Assembly: GCA_964106645.2 (NCBI GenBank)
Contig: OZ067039.1
Length of the DNA: 64,000 nucleotides
From: Podarcis pityusensis
Taxonomy: Eukaryota
Direction: 5' to 3' (one strand)
Under the pieces are notes generated by a model. The model searched no databases. It was not told the origin of the DNA and saw nothing but the letters and a program-made list of their open reading frames with translations. The translations under genes were made by a program, and so were the position numbers. The first letter of the stretch is position 1. Every line of letters begins with the position of its first letter. Below, one piece after another: positions 38,501 through 51,800 of this stretch.

Positions 38501-38956
38501 CCATCTTGACATAAAAAACAAATTATGGCCCAATTACCCTCCCTGAAGGAGCCATCGAAAGGGCTGGGGGGGGGACCTTAAATGACAATAACTGTCAGGC
38601 GCTTCCTTAAGAAAATGTAAGCAAAGTTACAGGGAGGAAAATATGCCACAGCTTCAAACCACCTTGGCACACAATTGCCCATCTACATGTACATAATCTC
38701 CCTTTTGGCAAGCTGTCTGCCTCACAGGCTTAATGTCTCTAATCCAGAAGGCCAGTCCCTTCATTCCACTGATCTTCATAGAAGTTCAAGCATGATGGTT
38801 GGTTGAAACCTTTCCCTTTCTTGATAGAGAAACCCATTGTCCACCAATCCCCTGTGGGCTAAAGAAAATGAGCCTGGGGACCCTTCCTAAAGTGGTCACC
38901 CTAAAGGCTGCTTTCCCCTTGCATGCACTTCATTGGTTTCAGTGAGGGTTTGTACA

Positions 38957-39147
38957 GGACCTTGGTGACAGAGCACATGCCTTGCATGCAAAAATTCCTG
39001 ATCCCTGGCATTTTAATTTAAAAGGCTCAGGTAGCAGGTGATGTAAAAGGCTTCCGACCCAGACCAAGGAGAGCTGCCTTTTGTTGTTGGGAGGAGAAGT
39101 TGACAATGCTGAGCTATAGTTGAGCTCAGTGTAAGCTTCCTATGTGT
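38957..39147 (+). mobile_element. Degenerate tRNA-derived SINE, same family as 7861-8038
   Basis: agagcacatgccttgcatgca...gacaatgctgagcta...agcttcctatgtg. Confidence 0.55.
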
Positions 39148-40952
39148 GAAAGAACATCACTTAAAAAAAAATGCTGTGTGAGCAAAAAATTCTCTTCTGT
39201 GATGATAAACACGTGGCTAATTTCTCTTGATGCTATAGTAAGCAAGTGATAAACACATGTATAAACCAGCTCAAAGCCTTATTCCCATGTCACGATACTG
39301 AACATGAAGTCCCTTAGTCTCTGGGAATATGTTCATAGAGACTTTGGGAGTAATTACTACTGTGTCCTCCTGTCTTATTTTCCATCTCCTGTAGCAGAGG
39401 AATAAAGGAGGATTTTGTTACTCTGAAGTATTCTTCCTATCATTAAGTATCAGTGCTAGCAGGTTATGTGCTAGCAGTTACAAAGACTGTAGTATGTCGT
39501 AAGCAAAGACTTATCCAGGGGAGCATGACTGGTTCGATCACACCAGGCACAGAACTTCTTAAGAACCACAGCAGGCATTGCAACTCTGACATCTAACAGA
39601 AGGTGAGAGGCAGGGGACTGTGATGGGTTTTGGCATGGCACAGGGGGGCGCCACTGAAATCTGAGATGCCAAGGTCTGCCACTGGTTGTAATCCACACAT
39701 TTCTGAGTTTTATATATATATACAGAAATGAATGTGCAAATAAATATCTATAGGCCGGAATGTCATTGTGAAGGGGAGGGGAAAGATTATTGGGAGGCAT
39801 ATTTCTAACAAAAGGTCAAAAGCCTATTCTTGGATATATAAACATTAAAGTGAGCAGTGCAGTGTGTGTGTGTCCTGAAAACAGCATTCTGAAAGGTTGC
39901 TTTATGGTTAAGTCATAGTAGTGATGCTTCATGTTAAACTTTCTTTTGTATCTGATGAAAGAAAAGTGTGTATTAGGCATGTGGAATGCAGCCCACAGAT
40001 GGCCAGCTTCCAAATATTCCTGGACCATCCTATTTGACCAGGGCTAATGGGAGTTTGAGTCCAACAGCTGGAGGATCGCAGGTTCACAGCCACCAACGGC
40101 AGTGACAAAGAAACACAAGAATTTAAAAGAGAGACTAAAAAAGGGCAAATAACAATGTGTGTGAATGAATGAATGTGAATGGAACAAATAAACAAAGCAA
40201 ATGCATTATTTTACAAGTTGATAGCAAAATCAATTAAGGTTTCAATAAGCAGTGGAGTAGTGACTTAATTTAATCTGGTACTGGCACACACACACCCTTT
40301 AAAAAAAACAAAAAAAAACTACCAGGATAATTTATTGTATATGTGTTGCTGTTTTGCCTCAAATGTGTGCTTATGTACAAATCTGAGTGTTTAACAGTAA
40401 ACACACATATCCACAGCTGCTCCATTTCAGGAAGTATACACAAAGCTACACAAAGGGGGACATGGGCAGATTCTAATGCACGTGATACTGCAGTGTGCAC
40501 AAGGTTAGCAAGACATCAGTAGTGTCTTGGCAGGGTGTGTGTGAGAGAGGGGACAGTGAGATTGCAGTTGAGAAAGTGATGTGTGGACAACACCACATAA
40601 ATGGAGGCACAGTCAGATTCTAATCCACACTAAACGATGATGTGGAGAAGTCCTGTGATGTTGACACCAGTCAATCTTCTGCATAGGGAGAATGTTCCAA
40701 AGTCAAGATGTGCCACCTCAGAAAAGGCCCTCAGCTTTGTGTGAGCATAACATACGGTGCTTCAGGATCTGGTGATACTAGGGAAAGGGCCTCAACTCAA
40801 GGTCTTGAGCCTATGTCTAATGAATGATAGTACTCCAGCTGGAATGTTACTGGAGAATGGATCAATGTTGCTAAGCTATCCTTAGCCAGATGATGGATGA
40901 GCCTAAAACTGGCAAAAGGTATTCCATGCCACTGAGGCCACTTCAGCCTCCT

Positions 40953-41155
40953 AAAGAACATAAGAAGCAGCTGCTGGATCAGGCCAATGGCCCATCTAGT
41001 CCAGCATCCTGTTCCCACAGTAGCCAACCAGGTGCCTGTGGGAAGCCTGCGAATTGAACGTAGGCGCAACAGCAATCATTGGTATTCAGAGGCATGATGC
41101 CTCTGGCTACAGAGGTAGAACATAGCAATTGTTGGCTATGGCTATAGCTCCAGTG
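40953..41155 (-). mobile_element. CR1-type LINE 3' UTR fragment
   Basis: aagaacataagaagcagctgctggatcaggccaatggcccatctagtccagcatcctg, the reverse complement of the 47365-47636 tail. Confidence 0.7.
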
Positions 41156-41679
41156 ACAGAGCTGGATCAAGGAGTATCCTCAGAATGGGCACCTGCTCTT
41201 TGAAGAACGGAAAGGTCAGTTTCCTAGACCTGAGAATCAGCACTACCATCTTGTTATATACACTGTTTCTCTGATCTAAAGATCTCCATCCAAGCTGTTA
41301 TTACCTGTATGTTGTGCTCATGGAGCTAAGAGAATAACATGTGTTTTTAAAAAATATTTTTTTTGGGGGGGGGGGGTTAAAAAAATGTATACATGTTCCT
41401 AGAGCCTGACTTCTTAGCATTTGCCATCCCTGAGATTCTAATTTTGTTTCTGACGGTTGGAAGTCATGCACCAATAAAGCTGAACCTTACATAAAAGCTT
41501 TTCTTGAGGGGGACAGTTGCTGTTGTTAGTATCATCTATTCCCCACTTCCTTCCATAGGAGTCCAGGGCAGCAATCCTTCAACATTTTTAGTTACCAAAG
41601 ATAAAATCTTACGTTACGTTTCCTGTGTATCCTTCTCCCAGTTAAAATGAGTAACTTTCATTTTCAGGATCAAGGAATA

Positions 41680-41921
41680 CAGTGGTACCTTGGGTTACAT
41701 ACCCTTCAGGTTACATACACTTCAGGTTACAGACTCTGCTAACCCAGAAATAGTGCTTCAGGTTAAGAACTTTGCTACAAGATGAGAAGAGAAATCGTGC
41801 TCCGGCAGCACAGCGGCAGAAGGAGGCCCCATTAGCTAAAGTGGTGCTTCAGGTTAGGAACAGTTTCAGGTTAAGAACGGACCTCCGGAACAAATTAAGT
41901 ACTTAACCCGAGGTACCACTG
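41680..41921 (-). mobile_element. Same MITE, copy 3 (reverse orientation)
   Basis: TA-flanked TIRs, internal sequence is the reverse complement of the other copies. Confidence 0.9.
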
Positions 41922-41983
41922 TATTGTTTACTGATCACAACTTTCAGATTCATGCTAGAGATTGGATGTGCAATTCTCCAGGC

Positions 41984-42122
41984 CAGGGCAAGGGGGTCCT
42001 TTGGCTCTCCAGATTTTCCTGGACTCCAACTGCCATCACTCATGTCCATTTGCCATGTTGGCTGGGACTGATGGAAACTGGGAGTCCGACATCTGAAAAG
42101 CCTCAGGTTCCCCACCACCTGC
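41984..42122. mobile_element. Degenerate hAT-type palindromic MITE (older relatives near 9360, 12850, 29968, 39990, 47230)
   Basis: Shared ggactccaactgccatca / tgatggaaactgggagtcc inverted core. Confidence 0.55.
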
Positions 42123-44105
42123 TCAGGTTCTCCTGTATTTTTTTAACAAGGCCAATAGATCTCTTTATTTGGTGAACAGGGTGGTTTTCTGATAATTTCC
42201 CTCTCTTTTACTATCTCCTTGGGGTCTTTTTTAAAGAGTATTTTTCATTTTAAAAAAAATATATGCAGGGTGTTTTTCCATTTCATATCTGTACCGCTTC
42301 ATATTTTAAAGAAAAAAAATCACAAGGCATCCGACATTAAAGCATCAAATAAAACAATTCAGACTAAGCCATTACAGAAGCAAGTCAAATATTAAGTATA
42401 TATTCAAAGGAGCATAATTAACCAGAAACTAAAATATTACCTTAAAAGATTTAAAAATAAAACATTACAAAGAAGGTCAACTACAGAATGCACATTTAAT
42501 GCAGCAAAATTAACAAAAAAGTGTCTTAAACATTTCAAAAGAAAACATTAATAATGGAAGTCAAATATAAAATGCACATTTAAAAGAGCGCAAGTAGTAA
42601 GAAAAGAAAATATAAGCATAGAACGTATCTGTTGCTGCCAATGGTTGTTCATGGTGGGTGGTGGTTGTGGAAGCTCAGGCTCCATGACCTGAGTCTGCAT
42701 TAAGAGACAGTCAAGATGGTCTCTGGCCACCTCAACAGCCTTTTGTAGCTGGAGTCAGTCCTGCCCTCCCAGGCCAGGTGGAAAAGGCCTGCAAGGCAGG
42801 GAGCAGGTCTTCCAGGACTCACATCCCAGATGGTCTCCTCACAGTTCCACACACTTTCCACCTTTCACAGGAGACCCACCTGTCAGCCTTTGGTTCTGAT
42901 CTGTAGATTCCCATGAGGCAGCTGAATACTGACATCCAGTCAACGCCCAAAAGCTTCATGCAAGAGATAGGTAGCTGCAACTTTTTCCCCGTGGCACTGC
43001 AGTGGACATGACCTTGCTACCCGCTTTCTGGCCATATAGCTAAGTTAGGCACAGTAGCAGCTATAACTTTTCTTCTCCTGCCTCTTCTCCCCCCCCCCCT
43101 CCAATTTTTGTACAGCTATGCATACAAACTTACCCAGGGGGGAAATGAAGCAATAATACTTTGCTGCCTTTGAAGCACTTCCCCTGGACTTTCACCGAAC
43201 TCCCGCTTCTCGGCTTGTGGAAATGTTTGTAGGTACCTCTCATTAACTTTAACGGGGCCTGCGATCCGCATGATGCAAGTGAGGGGTCTCAGTGTTAATG
43301 GTGCCCTCACACGTCTCCTGAAGGCCTCTTGTGTTGTGGACTGCTCTGTGCGGAAAGCCCTTGGACAAGGCTAGGCGGCACTGAATCTCCCAGCGCCGTG
43401 TTTAATTTTTCTTCCTCTGGCCTGGGTGTAACAATGGCCGCTCTATCCTTCCAAACCAAGCCAGGGAAGAAAAAGCAGCAAGAAGCAAAGGCTGCCTCTC
43501 TGTGTAGAGTTGACCATCTTCAGTCAAGGCCTGGCCACCCAACAGAGGGGCATGCGCTTTCTCAGGCACCCAAAAAGCCATTCCCCGTTCCATTTCAGTT
43601 TTGCTTCCATGTGCCTTTCCCACTCCTGTTTTCCTTTCTAGTTTCCCAGCCCGACCGACCCCCCTTTTGTCAGATTGGTATTTTATTTGGCTCCATGCTG
43701 TCTACGGGGCTGTCCCGTTTAACCCCTTCCTTGCCGCTTCCGAGATAAGAATTGGCTCCTTTGAAATCAGATAAACAGTCTCATAAATACCAAGAAAGAA
43801 ACAACACTGCAGCTTTCTGAAGGAAACTGTGTGTGCTTGGGATGGGGGGGGCCGGGGGGAGAGACGAGATAATTTGCCAAAAGGCCGAACACATAAGTGC
43901 GGAGATGAGTCATTGAGTGGGCGATTCCCTGCAGGGCTAGCTGCTTACCTTGTCACAGTACATACTGTCAGTATGGCACCCGTGAGTGATTAGCCGTGCT
44001 TTGGACACACTAGATGGGAGATTCCCAGCTTCTGCTCAAAAATAATGATGAAGTTTCTAGCCTTCAGGGTTGGAAAGAAAAGCTTGACAATAGGCGACTG
44101 TAGTG

Positions 44106-44486
44106 GTAAAAAAAGGTAAAGGACCCCTGGACAGTTAAGTCCAGTCAAAGGTGACTATGGGGTGCTGCACTCATCTCGCTTCAGACTGAGAAGCCGGCGT
44201 TTTTCCACAGACAGCTTCCTGGGTCATGTGGCTAGCATGACTAAACCACTTCTAGTGCAATGAAACACCATGACTGAAGCCAGAGCACACGAAAACACCA
44301 TTTACCTTCCTGCCACAGTGGTACCTATTTATCTACTTGCACTGTCATGCTTTCAAACTGCTAGGTTGGCAGGAGCTGGGACAAAACAATGGGAGCTCAC
44401 CCCGTCACGGGGATTCGAACCGCCGACCTTCTGATCGGCAAGCCCAAGAGGCTCAGTGGTTTAGACCACAAAGCCACCTGCGTGGG
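44106..44486 (-). mobile_element. Sauria SINE (lacertid POM-type), full length
   Basis: Minus-strand tRNA head (...gtggtctaaaccactgagcctcttgggcttgccgatcagaaggtcggcggttcgaatcccc) with intact B box and ACCTTT tail. Flanking direct repeat TGTAGTG at 44099-44105 and 44487-44493. Confidence 0.9.
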
Positions 44487-44713
44487 TGTAGTGCACCATC
44501 TTAGGGAATAAGATGATGTTCCTTCATCACAGGGTCGATGCACTGGAAGTTCCTAAGTCAAATTTTGGTTCAGCCGCCTGGTCTTAAGGAAGATGTTGCG
44601 GTTCAGCTCACCCATCTATAATAGGAGGGTAATTGTCCTGGCCTACCTTGCAAGGTGGTCAGAACTGCTGGCAATGTATGTTTAGTATTTCAGGGATTAT
44701 GGGCAAAACTATA

Positions 44714-44955
44714 CAGTGGTACCTCGGGTTAAGTACTTAATTCGTTCTGGAGGTCCGTACTTAACCTGAAACTGTTCTTAACCTGAAGCACCACTTTAGC
44801 TAATGGGGCCTCCTGCTGCTGCCGCACCGCCAGAGCACGATTTCTGTTCTCATCTTGAAGCAAAGTTCTTAACCTGAAGCACTATTTCTGGGTTAGTGGA
44901 GTCTGTAACCTGAAGCGTATGTAACCTGAAGCGTATGTAACCCAAGGTACTACTG
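44714..44955 (+). mobile_element. Same MITE, copy 4
   Basis: TA|CAGTGGTACCTCGGG...AAGGTACTACTG|TA. Confidence 0.9.
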
Positions 44956-47364
44956 TATGCACAAGGTAGCAACACTGGATGTTCTGAAACCTTAAAAATC
45001 AGAAGGCATGTGAAAAAGAATCAATGAGCACAAAGCTATTGGTCCTACATGTGGTCAAGCCATGGGGTGCTTTTCTTGGGACACTTGCCTGGCACCCACA
45101 TTGCTGCATTTTTGGCATCAGGTCAAGACCTTTTTGTTCTCCTTTTAACATTTTTATTTTTAAGTTGCTGGTGTGTGGTTTTAGTGTATAAATTTGATGG
45201 CTGTTCTGGTTTTGTGCTGTGTATGGTATTTTGTTGTGCTGCTTTGGTTTTTATGACGCTTTGTCTCTTAAACGTATTGTGGGATGGAGAGAGAGAGCTT
45301 TTTTCTTTAAAAATGGGTACTCTCATTTTGACTCAAGAAAATACCATTTTATTGTTCAAATTGGGAAAAATAAATACAGTAAATGGACAAAAGTACGAAG
45401 ATTCACAAAATGTTAGGGGTACGCATACCCCTGTGTCCCCCCAGAAAAAAGGGGTGGGGTGTAATGTTTTATTCTTGTGCTTTTATTTATTTTTATTTTG
45501 CTACTGCCACCTAGACAATTTATTTTATGGGGAATCTTATAAATATAAATAATATTTATCACAGGAGACCAGCAACACTCACATTGTGGATAAATGTTTC
45601 CACCAAGACACTGTTGCTAGGTCAGGAATGTGTTGTAGAATAATAAAACGCTGCATGCATGAGCATGTGCATCAATGCCCTCTATCCAAGGGGAAGATTT
45701 CTGGCCAGCAGGTTTCCCTTAGTGATCACACTATTCAAGCTCTCTTTGTGCCTCTGTGCATGCAGAGCGAAAGGGGAGGATATGGCATGCGGTCCAGGGA
45801 GATACAAAAATCTAGAATACGGTGTAGTGTGACAATGTTTTTCGTTGCTTTTGTTTACTCATTCGTTTTGCCCTTCTGCCATCTTTGAATTGGCAAGGAA
45901 TACCTAAACCAAGAAACGGGGGTGGGGGGTGGGGAGAGCCAAGTCCGCAGAGAGAGGAGATTGGGTGGGTAGAGGAGGGAAGGGGAGCCCTCTCAGATTT
46001 CTCAACGGATAATTAAGCAACAAGGGGGTGGGGAGGGTAGCTAAGATTTTGAAAAATGCCTTGACAAGAGCTAATGCTGTACAGGGATAAGTGTAGACAT
46101 GATATAAGGCAAGGGTTAGCCTCTAGGATCAAAGAGGCACACCTAATACTCCTATGCCCCTTTCCTGGCTTGCGTAATAGAGACAGGGAGGTCATTTTTC
46201 TTTCCTGTCCAGGAAAAACTTTAACTGGGACTTTAAACAGTGCATCTGAAACCTCCAATGCAACATTCACCGTTGTATTCAATTAAAGCAGAAAGCTCAG
46301 GGGTGTTCCCAATCCAGCAGTGGTTCTGGGTTACCATTTATATTCTATCCGATCACACAGTGCTTATGCTTTCTATTCAGGCCCATTTTGAATGACAAAT
46401 AGCAAAGGAACAGAAATCATTCACAAGAATTCGGCTTATAGGATGCATCTGTAGCTTATGCCGCTTATGTACGTTTACCATGTTTGGAAAGAAGCACTGG
46501 CTCCTCTTTGGATACTTTTTGCCACCATGACTGGAGAGAGATTTGCCAACAATGCATTCTCATCATCATCCGTAACGTTTGCAGAGTGCTTTCTAGCGTT
46601 CAAAGCACTTCAAATCTGTTATTATCTTTTGGGGATCTTTACAACCGTCCCCTGCCCCAGAATGTCGGTATTATTTTTCCCTGTATTACAGAGTGGGGAC
46701 TGGGGCTAACTAAGGACACGGGGGTCTTTTTTGTTTTATAACTCAGTCACTAACGCCACACCAGCTCTTGCCACCACAGAGAAAAAACAGCTGGGAAATG
46801 TCAGGAAATAGCACCTCTTCCTAGCCATAGGGTGGGGGGTGGGCTTCTGGCACAGCACAGTATTTTGTACAGTACCAGAAAGCAGCCCAAGGTGTCTTCC
46901 CCAGTGTAAATAAACTGAGTGTAATGTTTGTGCAAACTGTGCAACTTTTTCTTTCTTTCTTCTTCTCTGGTTCAGTTGTGACTATTCATTATTTATATGC
47001 ACATAGATCCATAAAGGTGTGGTCTAGGAGTGCCATCCACACTGGGGGAAATTCCAGTGGAATGCTGGCATACACCCAGCAACTGGGTTTAGAGTACAGA
47101 ACTAACACACACACACACGCACACAAACACACATTTCTCCTTTCAAGTATTTTCCATGATTATTTCCCTACCCGTTTCTCTCTTCTTAGGTTGATACCTT
47201 AATTCCTAAGTCTAGAAATGTTTTGATTCCATCAGCCCCAGCCGCCATGCCCTGTGATAGGGATTGTGGGAATTGTAGTCTGAGAGCACCTGGAGGACCG
47301 CAGGTTCCCCATCCCTAATGTAAATTGTGTACTGATATAGAGAGCCCTAATGTAGTTGTGGACA

Positions 47365-47636
47365 CTACACTAGGTGGTTTAAAAGAGGAGGAGAGGGATT
47401 CAGGAATGATAAGGCTATCTGTGGCTACTAGGCATGATGGCTATATTCTACCTCCACTGTTGGAGATAGTATCTCTCTGAATACCACCTGCTAAGAATCA
47501 CATGTGGGGAGAGCACTGTTGCACTCAGACCTTGCTTGTGGGCTTCCCATAGGCATCTGGTTCGCCACTGTGAAAACAGGATGCTGGACTAGAGAAGCCA
47601 TTGGACTGGTCCAAGTGGGCTGCTCTTATGTTCTTA
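47365..47636 (+). mobile_element. CR1-type LINE 3' end
   Basis: ORF2-end-like gatggtttaaaagagg-type sequence followed by ggatgctggactag...gctcttatgttctt tail. Confidence 0.7.
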
Positions 47637-48592
47637 AATGATTCCTAGATACTTGGGATAGTTTGCAGTTTCCACCTGATGTCTAATGGGATACTTAAGG
47701 CCCTGTTCAGGTAGCGTGTAGATGACCTTCAAGCAGCATACAGAATGGTTATATGTCAGTTGTGGCAGAATCTCCATGGGATTGTCACCAGGTTTCTTGA
47801 CTGCATCGATTTATGCTACCTTCTCAATCTCCTGGGCTCACACCTCAGCTAGGCCCCTCTTTACGTTGGAGGTTTTTCCTTCCCTGCTGTTGCTGTCATG
47901 AAATTAAAGCCTCAGTAATCCGTGTTATAGGAATGAAGCCAGCAAGTGTGGGAAAGAATGGGGGTCATTTTCATGAATCCTATTACCAGAAGTATTTCCA
48001 CCAATAGAGCCAATATGTTAACAGCATCCTCTGTCAACTACGTGATCAACACAGCAAGAGAAAGCAGTTTGGGTTGCATTCCATTATGATTAACATGGTA
48101 TGTTATGAATATGTGGCTTATTTGTAGCTTGCAAATCCCCTTTCCTCTAAGCAAGGCCTCTATTGGTTTTACTGGTAATCCTGCCTGGATAAAGGAACCT
48201 AGGTGGTTGAAATAAACATCCCATACTCAAAGGAGCACCCCCAAGGCCTAAAGCTGAAAGAATTCAACACTTGGAGAGGGAATCATCTAATCACTTAAGG
48301 ACCTTGATACTCTGGGCACTTATCAGTCCATTGCTGGGTGCCTCTAGTCTCTCTCCTTGTATTGATAGAGAATTCGCTTGATTTGATCATCATCAGAGGC
48401 CCTTCTGTCTGTGCCCTCCAGGAGCAGCCCAGAGGGTGACAACAGGAGGACAGGCCTTTTGGCTGGCCGCTGCCCATTCAAGGAATGCTCTTCTCAGTGA
48501 AGCTCACCTGGAACCAATAGTGATGCATTTTCAGCTCCATTCATTTGTGTGCTAATTTTTCTTTGACGCTAGGGGCTAATGATTGTCATTTA

Positions 48593-48820
48593 CAGTGGTA
48601 TCTCAGGTTAAGAACTTAATTCGTTCCGGAGGTCCGTTCTTAACCTGAAACTGTTCTTAACCTGAAGCACCACTTTAGCTAATGGGGCCTCCCACTGCCG
48701 CACGATATCTGTTCTCATCCTGAAGCAAAGTTCTTAACCCGAGGTACTATTTCTGGGTTAGCGGAGTCTGTAACCTGAAGCGTATGTAACCTGAAGCGTC
48801 TGTAACCCGAGGGACCACTG
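48593..48820 (+). mobile_element. Same MITE, copy 5
   Basis: TA|CAGTGGTATCTC...GAGGGACCACTG|TA. Confidence 0.9.
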
Positions 48821-51800
48821 TATAATGATTGCCATTTGTTTCCACACCTGGGCTTTAATGAAAATTTTAGTTCCCTCCCTCTTTTGTTTTGCCTTCCATT
48901 CTCCGGAAATGTCCATGTGTGAGAGACTCTATAATAAGAGACAGAAAGTCAAGAGCAGTTTGACCTTTTCCATCTCTCTTTCTCAAAGTGCAATGCAAAC
49001 CTCTCCGGGTCTACCTAGAATTAAGTCCTATTAAATTCAATCATGGTGCTTACAAAATGGACACAAGTAGGACTGAGGCCTCCGTGACACAGAATCCTCT
49101 TCTTGGGAGAATACTTAATGAAGAATGCTGTGTTAGTTGTGCAAATCAAGAAACATATTTTTGACAGAATTATGTATGTATATTTGTGAGTGTGCGTGTG
49201 CATGCACATGTGTACAGAGAGGGGGAGAGAGAGAGAAATAAAGGAGAGGTGCAGCTCTGCTGATTTTTGCCCCTATGGCAAAATCTGTAGACCCTGCACT
49301 GGGCAATATGTAATAGTACAGTGACTTTGAAATGTGGTGTGACAGCTCTGCTTTCCTTGCTCAATCTGCTAAGTGGGGGTTTTGGACATCTTCCCCAAAG
49401 GCTTACTTTAATGGCAGCACTTGGCAGAAAAAGAGTAGCACACTCAGTCTCATATACGGGTCAAGATTCTGTTCCCAAGTTTGTATTGGGTTTAGTTATT
49501 GCAACATTTGCCTCTCCCCATAAGATCAGCTTCCTAGCTTACCAGAAAAGTCAAGGCAGTGCATGTGACTTGGTATGAGGAGAAAAGGGGAGGAGCGTCT
49601 CTCTAAGTATCAAGGTTTATGCCCACCAATTTGCAGTCCAAGGAGTACAATGGATGCGTCCAGCATCCTACACTGTGTGCTCTAACATGTTTATCACTAT
49701 CAAAGCTTTCCCAGGAGGTCTAGTAGGAATGGCATAGCACTGGAGATCTTGCTGAAACGTGGATGCTTGTGTGTGGAGGGGTTAAAACTATAGCCCCCAG
49801 GCTCTTTTTATTTTTTTAAGCAAGTGTCCAGCCCTTGTAGAATCAGAAAGAAGAGGCTAAATCTGCATGAGCTCTTGGGCCAGTGTGTTTTTGAGACTGC
49901 CTGTTTCTATCTTTCAGTGCAAATGAGGGACATTTGGGAAAGCAGGGCTAGGCAATTAGTCAAAGGCATTCCCAAGTGACACACCCAATGAATGAACTTC
50001 CTGATTCATACTGAAGCTTCCTTCCTTGGTGGAGAAGTGATTGCCACCCCATGAAAAACTACTCAGAAATCCAGGCTTTTAGAATAGCAGCAGCAGCAGC
50101 ACACATGGTAGAATGGAGCTCCCCTTTTGACGCCACTGTTTCTGCTGTTTACCTCGATGGGGCTGCCTGGGTGGAGGCACCTGGAACCACCAAAAGAGTC
50201 TATCTGGTCTCTCAAAGCCCCAACCTCATCCCCACCCAGCCTCATCCCTGCCCCAGCTAGGTAAGCAGCAGCAACACTGGTGTCCTGAGTGTGGATCTGC
50301 CCCACTGCAGGTGTTGGGTCCACCTAAAAACAAAAAGGCAGCCGCAAAGACCATTATCTAATTCAGATCTAATTTCATACCCTTTCCCACATGTTCTTTT
50401 CTTCCCCTGAGTTTGTAAACATTGTTTTTACAATGTTTACATTTAAACAACATTGGTTTTCAATGTCCTGCCTGTACCAATGCAGATAAAGACCATCATT
50501 AGCTTATCCCTGTTGGACAGGGCTAGAGGTTATGCTAGCCCTGCAAAATAGCAAAGTTTAATACCCTTTCCTCTGAGGAAAGGGGGGCAATAACCGCAGT
50601 GTAATCAAGTGCTGTTGTCCAGTTTTGTCGTGCTTTTGTTTTTTAATTAAGGGAAATGTGAAGTAACTGAGCAATTAATTGGAGGGGGGGTGGGAGTGAG
50701 AATTGAAAGGTTTCAACTACAGGGAGAAGAAATCACCAGGACAGCAGGTCTACCCACTGAGAAACAACAGTAAAGTAGACCTGTTAGAAAAGTTTCTCAG
50801 ACCAAGTCTACCCAATCTGGTAGACTTGGGCTCTAAAATGGTACACCTGTTCTCTGGTGCTAGTTCTGAATGTTTGTCAAAATCTGTGCGTACACAATAG
50901 TCCTGATGCAACAGTTCTTGAGGCAGGGGGTGGAATTCTCTTTCATTAGGATCTGTCGTCTTTTTGCTCTTTCTCCTAAGTCTAAGCCTTGAAGAGCGGG
51001 GGAGAAGAGACAAGCAACTATGCTGTGTTGTCCTTTCTTTTGAAATTCACAATGAATATTTCCTTTTGATTTGCCACATTAGCACTAATGGAGTCCTCAC
51101 CAAGAAGAGGGGGATGTGTAGAATGAAGTGGGACAGATTAACTCTTTGGGCCCTTCTTCCCCATAACAGCTGTGCCTCTGCATCCATACTAGGCATCTGC
51201 ATTTCAGTTAAAACACAAACACTGTTAAATAATGTGTACACTCCACAAATGCTATGGAGAAACATATTAAAGTGCCCATAATGTGCATGCTGCTCATGTA
51301 TACCAAGTCAGCACACTGAGGTATCTCAATGTGTATACTAAACACACTATACATCTAAGAGGGGGCAACTTTTAAATCCCATTTATTTCAATGGCAGATA
51401 CATGCTTTAAACTCTTCCTCTTTTTTATTTTTTAAAGATTACTTAAACTTGGTATCAGCAACGATTTTCAATAAACTAACTTTCATCATTTCTGACACTG
51501 TAGGGGAGTGACAGCTGAGAATAGGGGGAGGACGACATAAATGTTGGTATCCCGTTACTTGTAAAACTGAAAAGCTTATAAACATTTTTAACAGCAATTA
51601 ATTCCACCAGGAATGTGAAGCACACACTTAAATCTCCAACTAAACTCTCTTCCGACATCCCATTGATTTCAGTTGGAAACATTCAAATCCGTGCTTAACT
51701 CTCCTACTGAATTTGGTAAGGGGCCAAAACCTTCTCACTTTGGTTGAATCATGTCCCATGTTTACTTGAATGCAAGTTCTGGTGATTTCAGATAAATTCT

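Noticed and set aside
21219-48820. Regularly recurring TAACCTGAAG units as a CRISPR-like array
   Set aside because: They are internal repeats of a dispersed eukaryotic MITE, with no repeat-spacer structure and no cas genes.
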